64,000 nucleotides of DNA from an uncultured virus (IMG/VR IMGVR_UViG_3300025120_000032). Its lineage: Duplodnaviria; Heunggongvirae; Uroviricota; Caudoviricetes. Both the position numbers and the translations under genes were made by a program. The DNA lies in IMG/VR virus record IMGVR_UViG_3300025120_000032; one strand, written 5' to 3'. Below, one piece after another: positions 58,339 to 64,000 of the stretch. The notes beneath the pieces were generated by a model. The model was given only the letters and a program-made list of their open reading frames with translations. It was not told the DNA's origin and made no database searches. The stretch's first letter is position 1; each line of letters begins with the position of its first letter.

Positions 58339-60784
58339 CGATTTTTGCGAAGGAAACATTAAAACCATTACTCCAAGTTCCAGCATCATCTGCACCCGCT
58401 TGTCTCCATTCACTCTCATCATAGTGAATAAATGTTGAATAGCCACCAATACCGGGGCGAACACCACGTGCCTTTGCGTTTCTGACCAGTATCCTAATGT
58501 AACGTTGATACAAGATCTTATTCTGTGAAGGATTGATACGAACCCCGTCAAGCAGTAAGAAGTGATCTGCCGCTTCACCAACAGGATGATTATTAGTCCC
58601 ACTATCTCTTTTCGCTCTACCACCATTTGATGTTATCTGTGCTGTGTAACCTTCACCAAGCTCTCTCACTGCTTCAGCAATGGAGTCTACTATTCTTTGA
58701 TCAGGCCAGTGTATTCTATCATTTCCTCTAGCGTGGGTAACAACATTGTCAGTTGGTGGTATAGCAGATTTATTTCTTGCACGTTCCTCTAAAGTCTCTG
58801 TGGTTTCTAATAGACATTCGATAAACTCACCTTCAGATAACAACTGTCTATTATATTCAGTAGATATTTTTCTTCTGAATGTGCCTGTCCACTGATCATC
58901 AATGTCTGGCATGACTATGATTAGTCTTGAACTCAATACAACCTGATCACCTACACACTCTAAAGTGTCATAAGATAGGATCATCTCATCGAAGAAACTA
59001 ACGTCCTTTAAGTATTCTGCAATATCAAATAAGTCTAGGTTATTTGGCTTACCGCTTTTATCGATTGCTTTATAGACTACGGCTTTTCCTTTAGCCTTTA
59101 GATCATTTATACTATCAGGTGTTATTATTTCCGAAGCACTTGGTCTATAGACGCCCTCAGATACTACTAGGTTGACACCTCTAAATCTTTCATTGTTAGT
59201 CTGTATTTTTTTAAGTATAAGTGAATGAGCATACAAGTTCTTAGCAATATCTCTTTTCACTGAAAGAGACTTTATAAACTTAAGGTTTGTAGGGTCATCA
59301 GATCCTAAAAACTTGGCTATAGTAATATTGTCAGACAACTTAGTCTTGATTGTAATATCACCTTGTCTTAAAGGATTATACTTATCTTCAGGTACAATAC
59401 TTAGAGAGGATATTTTGGTTATAAATGTTGCGGAAATCTCTGGTGAGTAAATGTTTGCTGGCATATTACTTAACACAGGAGTAGATTCCTGTCTTACCGT
59501 TCTACCAGTTCTCTCTGGTAACGGGTTGTTATAATCAGAACAAATGATATCTTCTTTTAATAGTTGCCCCACAAACTGAGCATTACCAGAGTTAACAACA
59601 TCTCTTAACTTTGATCTGGCCTGTCCTGTTGTCATATAACCATTAGACACGCCACTATAGTCATTGGACTTATCAATGAAGTTCTTAATGTAGTCACCCT
59701 TGTCAATGATTACCTTACGAATACCGCCAGCGGCCTTTAACAAATATGTAAGAACCTTGGTTGAGGTTGGCGTTGTGATAGAAGGAGTTGCCGTATTTGT
59801 AATAGCCGCACCAGCCGACCCCGTAGCATTTTCAGCATAAGGCTGAGATCTAGTTGATCTTGATGTTTCAGCAACGCCATTCAAATCTCCATGAAATGTA
59901 GGAGCCTCAACACCTTGATCAAAGATAGCACCATTACCCACAAAGTTCATTGCAGTGCCGCCTATAACCCCTGTGCCGCCTTGTAGTGTCATGTTGTTAG
60001 CAGAGGCAGTGAAGTTATCGGTAGACATATTAAGATAGTCTTCTGATGTAACGTCCATCGTTCCACTTGAAAACAAACCAACGTTGCCATTGATGTTATA
60101 ATCTAGATTACCTTTGACGTTATGTTGATGACCACCCAAGAATACATCTGTAACCAAGCCAGTAGAGTATGTTGTTATCGGTCCTGTTACAGATGACTGT
60201 GATCCATTACCTACGTGCTTTTCTTCAGACCCTCTTATAGTTTCAACCTTATTACCGTTCACTTTAACATTATAGTCTAGGCAATCAACATTGAACTCTC
60301 CGACAACTTTAATGTTTAGGTTTCCCTTATAGACTAGTTGTGCGTCTCCCTCAACGATAACTTCATTAGAGCCGCCAATGACTTCTACTTTTCTTTTCTT
60401 GGTGCTAATAAGAATACTTCCATCAGGAGTAAGTTCAATACCACTACCTTCTGAATGCTTGATAAGAATACGTTCATTACCATCAGTGTCATCTACTTCC
60501 CATATATGACCCTTTTCTGATTTAGATACTTGGTTCTTACCATAAACAGAAGAAACTTTATTACCCGTTTCCAACTCAACGTCATCATACTGAGCGAAAA
60601 ACTCTAGGTCATTTCTGGCAACGCCTCTTGCTTCCTTGGAAATATTGCTTGAAAAGAAGTAGTCTGTCTCTGGATACTGACCAGTAGGATCTTCTGGACG
60701 ATTTTTAGATTTACTTGAAACTCTAGCATCTATAAATTCCTGAGGAATTCCTGAAAGGTTATTTGAATATTTACCATACGCCAT
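58334..60784 (-). CDS. gp5 C-terminal (beta-helix spike) part fused to a peptidase M15-like domain
   Basis: GHIWEVDDTDGNERILIKH gp5 motif and VxG repeats; C-terminal R....S...H..GEAAD...GIGGYSTFIHYD. Confidence 0.78.
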   Translation of the reverse strand: MAYGKYSNNLSGIPQEFIDARVSSKSKNRPEDPTGQYPETDYFFSSNISKEARGVARNDLEFFAQYDDVELETGNKVSSVYGKNQVSKSEKGHIWEVDDTDGNERILIKHSEGSGIELTPDGSILISTKKRKVEVIGGSNEVIVEGDAQLVYKGNLNIKVVGEFNVDCLDYNVKVNGNKVETIRGSEEKHVGNGSQSSVTGPITTYSTGLVTDVFLGGHQHNVKGNLDYNINGNVGLFSSGTMDVTSEDYLNMSTDNFTASANNMTLQGGTGVIGGTAMNFVGNGAIFDQGVEAPTFHGDLNGVAETSRSTRSQPYAENATGSAGAAITNTATPSITTPTSTKVLTYLLKAAGGIRKVIIDKGDYIKNFIDKSNDYSGVSNGYMTTGQARSKLRDVVNSGNAQFVGQLLKEDIICSDYNNPLPERTGRTVRQESTPVLSNMPANIYSPEISATFITKISSLSIVPEDKYNPLRQGDITIKTKLSDNITIAKFLGSDDPTNLKFIKSLSVKRDIAKNLYAHSLILKKIQTNNERFRGVNLVVSEGVYRPSASEIITPDSINDLKAKGKAVVYKAIDKSGKPNNLDLFDIAEYLKDVSFFDEMILSYDTLECVGDQVVLSSRLIIVMPDIDDQWTGTFRRKISTEYNRQLLSEGEFIECLLETTETLEERARNKSAIPPTDNVVTHARGNDRIHWPDQRIVDSIAEAVRELGEGYTAQITSNGGRAKRDSGTNNHPVGEAADHFLLLDGVRINPSQNKILYQRYIRILVRNAKARGVRPGIGGYSTFIHYDESEWRQAGADDAGTWSNGFNVSFAKIV

Positions 60785-60785
60785 A

Positions 60786-62279
60786 TTAGTTTCCTACATA
60801 TCCATCTACCAGTTGTTTTTGCGTCAAAGGTGCAGTCGTATTGGGATTATAATCTTTTATATTCTCTTTACCAAATACATTCTTTACATTAAGAGATACG
60901 TTCCACCAAGGAGATTCAGTGGTTCTTATAATATCATGAATCCCAAATACCTGAACCCCCGGCTTGACATTAAATATGCTCTGAAACATCTTTCGAATAG
61001 TATTCATCTGTGCAGTACTAGCCATATAGTTTGGTTCTTCAAGAGCAATCAATATACTTCTCTCTGAATGATCTGGCACACCACTATAGTAAAATCCTGT
61101 TCCTTTTATATCTACTGGTCTTCCTCTGAAAAGCACACCAGCATAGTTGATGTAATAGTGTGGCTCGAACCCTTGATCATATTTATCAACGTATAACTGA
61201 TGCCATTCTTCAACTGTCGTTGTGCTACCATCGACTGTGGCAAAGGCTTCTACTATAACTTCAGTAACTTCTCTGGTCATATTAGCAAGTTCAGTTTCTA
61301 GTTCACTTATGTCTGCTATAGGATCAAATATCTTTGAGTTAATATCTGTAGTTGCTTCACGCCACACATTGTTGTAGTCATCGGTTCTTTTACTTGGTAT
61401 ATGCACTGAAACTGCGGCTGGTTCTAAAACTGTGGATGCTCTATTGTCTATTTTCAATATAACATTTTTTAAATCAGCATCAGACTTATCAGAATATTTT
61501 TTTAATATTTTAACAGCATTATCAATATTACCATTATTTTTTGATGTGACAATATCTTTTACATCTTCAGGTGGAACGTTATATGTAACGTCACCCTTTT
61601 TTGCTACTGAGTTTAAAAGAACTTCAGTTGATTGAAAAGTTGTCTCTACCAAGTTTTCTATTGTGCCATTAAATCCAGAAGAAGAGTTATTCAGTACTTT
61701 AGATCTAGAGTTGTTTTGATTTGAAATGGCATTGATTACTTTATTACTTGTGCCTTTTTTAGTATTTAATACGTCCCCTAACACGTTGTCCAAAATATCA
61801 TCTCTGGCAAGTTCTGTTGATACATTATTACCGACAATAGTTTTTACCTCACTAGATGAAGAGGTTGTTGTGGATTTAACAACTTCAGCCAAGGCTTCTG
61901 GGAACGGAGCACTAACAGCCACGTCAAGAAAACCATCCGAAGACAATCGACTATCTCCTGTGATTGTAGTCAAATCTGTCTCATCAGATCCCACATCTTT
62001 TATTAGATCAGACGATTTAGCACTTGGATCTAATTTGACAACACCTAAAGACTTTTGTATCTGATCTGGCACAGATCCTTCGACACCAGACACGATATCT
62101 CTATCGGCACTGGCTAAAGATTGAAACCCACCAGAGGTTGTATTATCAGGTTTATACTTAAAACTAACAGAAGTATCATAAATTTCTCTCAGTTCTCTTG
62201 TAGCACTACTAGAAGATTGCTGGCCTAATAGTCTACTTAAAGCATTCATACCATCTTGTAATAAATCTTTAGAGGACAT
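60786..62279 (-). CDS. Baseplate-associated protein with a degenerate amidase_2/PGRP-like C-terminal domain
   Basis: HYYINYAGVLFRGRPVDIKG...H..RSILIAL...Q......VFGIHD; S/T-rich N-terminal two thirds. Confidence 0.6.
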   Translation of the reverse strand: MSSKDLLQDGMNALSRLLGQQSSSSATRELREIYDTSVSFKYKPDNTTSGGFQSLASADRDIVSGVEGSVPDQIQKSLGVVKLDPSAKSSDLIKDVGSDETDLTTITGDSRLSSDGFLDVAVSAPFPEALAEVVKSTTTSSSSEVKTIVGNNVSTELARDDILDNVLGDVLNTKKGTSNKVINAISNQNNSRSKVLNNSSSGFNGTIENLVETTFQSTEVLLNSVAKKGDVTYNVPPEDVKDIVTSKNNGNIDNAVKILKKYSDKSDADLKNVILKIDNRASTVLEPAAVSVHIPSKRTDDYNNVWREATTDINSKIFDPIADISELETELANMTREVTEVIVEAFATVDGSTTTVEEWHQLYVDKYDQGFEPHYYINYAGVLFRGRPVDIKGTGFYYSGVPDHSERSILIALEEPNYMASTAQMNTIRKMFQSIFNVKPGVQVFGIHDIIRTTESPWWNVSLNVKNVFGKENIKDYNPNTTAPLTQKQLVDGYVGN

Positions 62280-63217
62280 TATCTAGCTCCTGACGATAAG
62301 TTAGAAGATAAAGAAGCTATCAAAGTTGCTTTGTATTCATCATAAGCCGCTCTAGCCGCCAACGGTCTTGATCTACCACTATTATTACTATAGTTTGCTG
62401 GATCTGCTCTTTCAAATATGTGAAAGAAGTGGAATGTGGAATTTCTATCATCCTTATCTCCATCAAAGTTAGTTATATTCATCTCATTACTTAAATGATT
62501 CCAACAATCATGTGGTACGCCTGTCTTCATATCATATATTAAAAACTTTAACTGTAGAAAAAGATCGTAGGGATCTTCGTTTAAGTCAGAAGCATATGCC
62601 TCAACTCTTTGCCATCTACCCACTGCCGTGTTCCATTGAGCAATACCTCTAGAGTCTTCTGAGCCAGCCGAAACAGCTTTAGGATCAAAGTTGCTTTCTA
62701 TTTCTAGGTTACCGCAAACACCAGCCGCTGATTTTATTGGAAGGCCGTTACTAATCAAAAAGTCCATGACCAAAACTCTTAACTGTCTTATTTCAGCACT
62801 ACCATTTTCATACATCTGACGTTGTTGTTCAGATACTGTGACACCTTCTTTACCAATGTTTCTAGAATCAAGAAGATTTACTCTTCCAGATTCAGCCGCC
62901 GCTTTTACTTGAGAAGAAGAGGGCTGTTCTATATGACTCATAGAACCAATTATCATAGGGTTTTGAGAAGCTTTACCGTCCAAGAAGATCCCAAATACTA
63001 AAGCATTATTCTTCAACTGTGGTATTCTACCTACACCAGATACTCCACCCTCTGTAGTAGGTACGACTGTTTCAGCCCAAGGTAGAAACTTATCTTCAAC
63101 TTCTTGAGAGTGTACACCAAATATTCTTACTTGAAATCTACCAGCCTGTTGAGGATCATTACCATTAATAACTCTCGCAACAAACCACCTATTATTATCG
63201 CCATAGTATTCATTCAT
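62279..63217 (-). CDS. g5: gp5 N-terminal OB-fold plus phage tail lysozyme domain
   Basis: WFVARV....DP...GRFQVRIFGVH....LPWA, VFGIFLDG...Q.P.I.G; then AAGVCGNLEIES.FDP...GIAQW...QLKFL..D...FER. Confidence 0.82.
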   Translation of the reverse strand: MNEYYGDNNRWFVARVINGNDPQQAGRFQVRIFGVHSQEVEDKFLPWAETVVPTTEGGVSGVGRIPQLKNNALVFGIFLDGKASQNPMIIGSMSHIEQPSSSQVKAAAESGRVNLLDSRNIGKEGVTVSEQQRQMYENGSAEIRQLRVLVMDFLISNGLPIKSAAGVCGNLEIESNFDPKAVSAGSEDSRGIAQWNTAVGRWQRVEAYASDLNEDPYDLFLQLKFLIYDMKTGVPHDCWNHLSNEMNITNFDGDKDDRNSTFHFFHIFERADPANYSNNSGRSRPLAARAAYDEYKATLIASLSSNLSSGAR

Positions 63218-64000
63218 TAGAAATACTCCGACCAGCAAGTTTACACAGATCTAAAGAAACGTTATGTCTTCCACCAGCAACATCTAAACAATGGCGTTTA
63301 GCCATTATTATGAATCGTCCAGATCTCTTCTCATCAATTTTTCCTCCAACAGCATAGGTTATATCATTTTTATATACTTCCATGGATATTTGATGCCCAA
63401 CACAAGCTGCAATATTGCTCGTAGAAAACAATAACCCCGGAACATTTATGTTATATTTGTTTTTTAGCAAATGTGCAAAAACACTTCTTTTAGTCAATTT
63501 TAAAGTTTCACTTCCTTCGTAGGATTCTTGATCAAATCCATTAGCATCATCATAGGGATTGGTGACTACTCTAGTATGTATCTTTGAATTAAAATCAGTT
63601 ATTTTGGATTGATCTATTTTTTTAGGATCTGATATAAACTTACTATCAAAGGCAATAAAGTTTTGATCTTTTGGAAGTAATTCTTCTTTTATTAACTTAC
63701 TGAAATGTCTGTTCATATCCTGATGATATTGAATGTGATTTCCCGTAGTTGCATTAATAGATTCGTACTGAGACCCCATTCCACCTTCTAGTGCTAGGTT
63801 TAAAGTATTCTCTAAGAGACCTGATTCGAAATGTGTTATGTTCGTAGCTTGAGATTCTATGTCATTTTTATTGACGTTTTCTTGATCGTAAACGAATGGT
63901 TTCATATGATTAAAGGATTGAGTATTAATAATAGTTTCAAGATCAGTCAAGTAAAAGTTATCATCTACTATAGATGAGTAAAAGAAAAATGGATAGCCAT
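63210..64000 (-). CDS. Baseplate hub/tail protein, 5' part outside the window
   Basis: The frame stays open to the window edge (GYPFFFYSS...). C-terminal VPG...VG..I...SGRFII...RH; upstream of gp5. Confidence 0.6.
   Translation of the reverse strand, partial: GYPFFFYSSIVDDNFYLTDLETIINTQSFNHMKPFVYDQENVNKNDIESQATNITHFESGLLENTLNLALEGGMGSQYESINATTGNHIQYHQDMNRHFSKLIKEELLPKDQNFIAFDSKFISDPKKIDQSKITDFNSKIHTRVVTNPYDDANGFDQESYEGSETLKLTKRSVFAHLLKNKYNINVPGLLFSTSNIAACVGHQISMEVYKNDITYAVGGKIDEKRSGRFIIMAKRHCLDVAGGRHNVSLDLCKLAGRSISNE

Noticed and set aside
1278..62064. Numerous plus-strand and nested minus-strand ORFs in the ORF track (e.g. 51630-52193, 18936-19325, 14770-15066)
   Set aside because: They overlap well-supported genes and have no recognisable motifs or translation signals, so they are shadow ORFs.
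46826..63217. Stop-codon reassignment or read-through as the explanation for the split gp5 and VrlC-like genes
   Set aside because: The junctions are out of frame or overlapping, and core genes translate full length in the standard code using TAA, TAG and TGA stops.
1..64000. tRNA or rRNA genes
   Set aside because: Intergenic gaps are short and none showed a cloverleaf or T-loop pattern by eye; a tRNAscan-SE/Infernal run would be needed to exclude them formally.

Overview
This 64 kb window is part of an AT-rich T4-like (large contractile-tailed, marine/Kyanoviridae-style gene order) bacteriophage genome, with almost all genes on the minus strand. In transcription order (right to left) it contains: baseplate genes (a hub fragment, a gp5 split over three genes with different peptidoglycan-hydrolase-like domains, gp25, gp6, gp7-like, gp9/10-like, gp8), a VrlC/DUF4815-type virion protein apparently split in three, tail-fibre genes with three tandem paralogous putative adhesins, a fibre plus glycosyltransferase operon, neck/terminase/tail/head genes (gp13-gp23, gp3), recombination/replication genes (uvsY, exonuclease, uvsW, gp55, gp47, gp46, gp45, gp44), a class 3 lipase, and a tightly coupled enzyme cluster (2OG-Fe(II) oxygenase, flavin halogenase-like, adenylate-forming ligase, unknown, AhpD-like, glutaredoxin). 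The best leads are: (1) the biosynthetic-looking cluster behind gp44; (2) a strong Asp-Ser (DS[A/D/S/G/N]) motif enrichment in virion proteins next to phage-encoded glycosyltransferases, suggesting sequon-directed virion modification; (3) the tripartite gp5; (4) the adhesin triplet; (5) a near-consensus antisense promoter with no ORF. All calls come from motif recognition and synteny by eye; no database searches were run.
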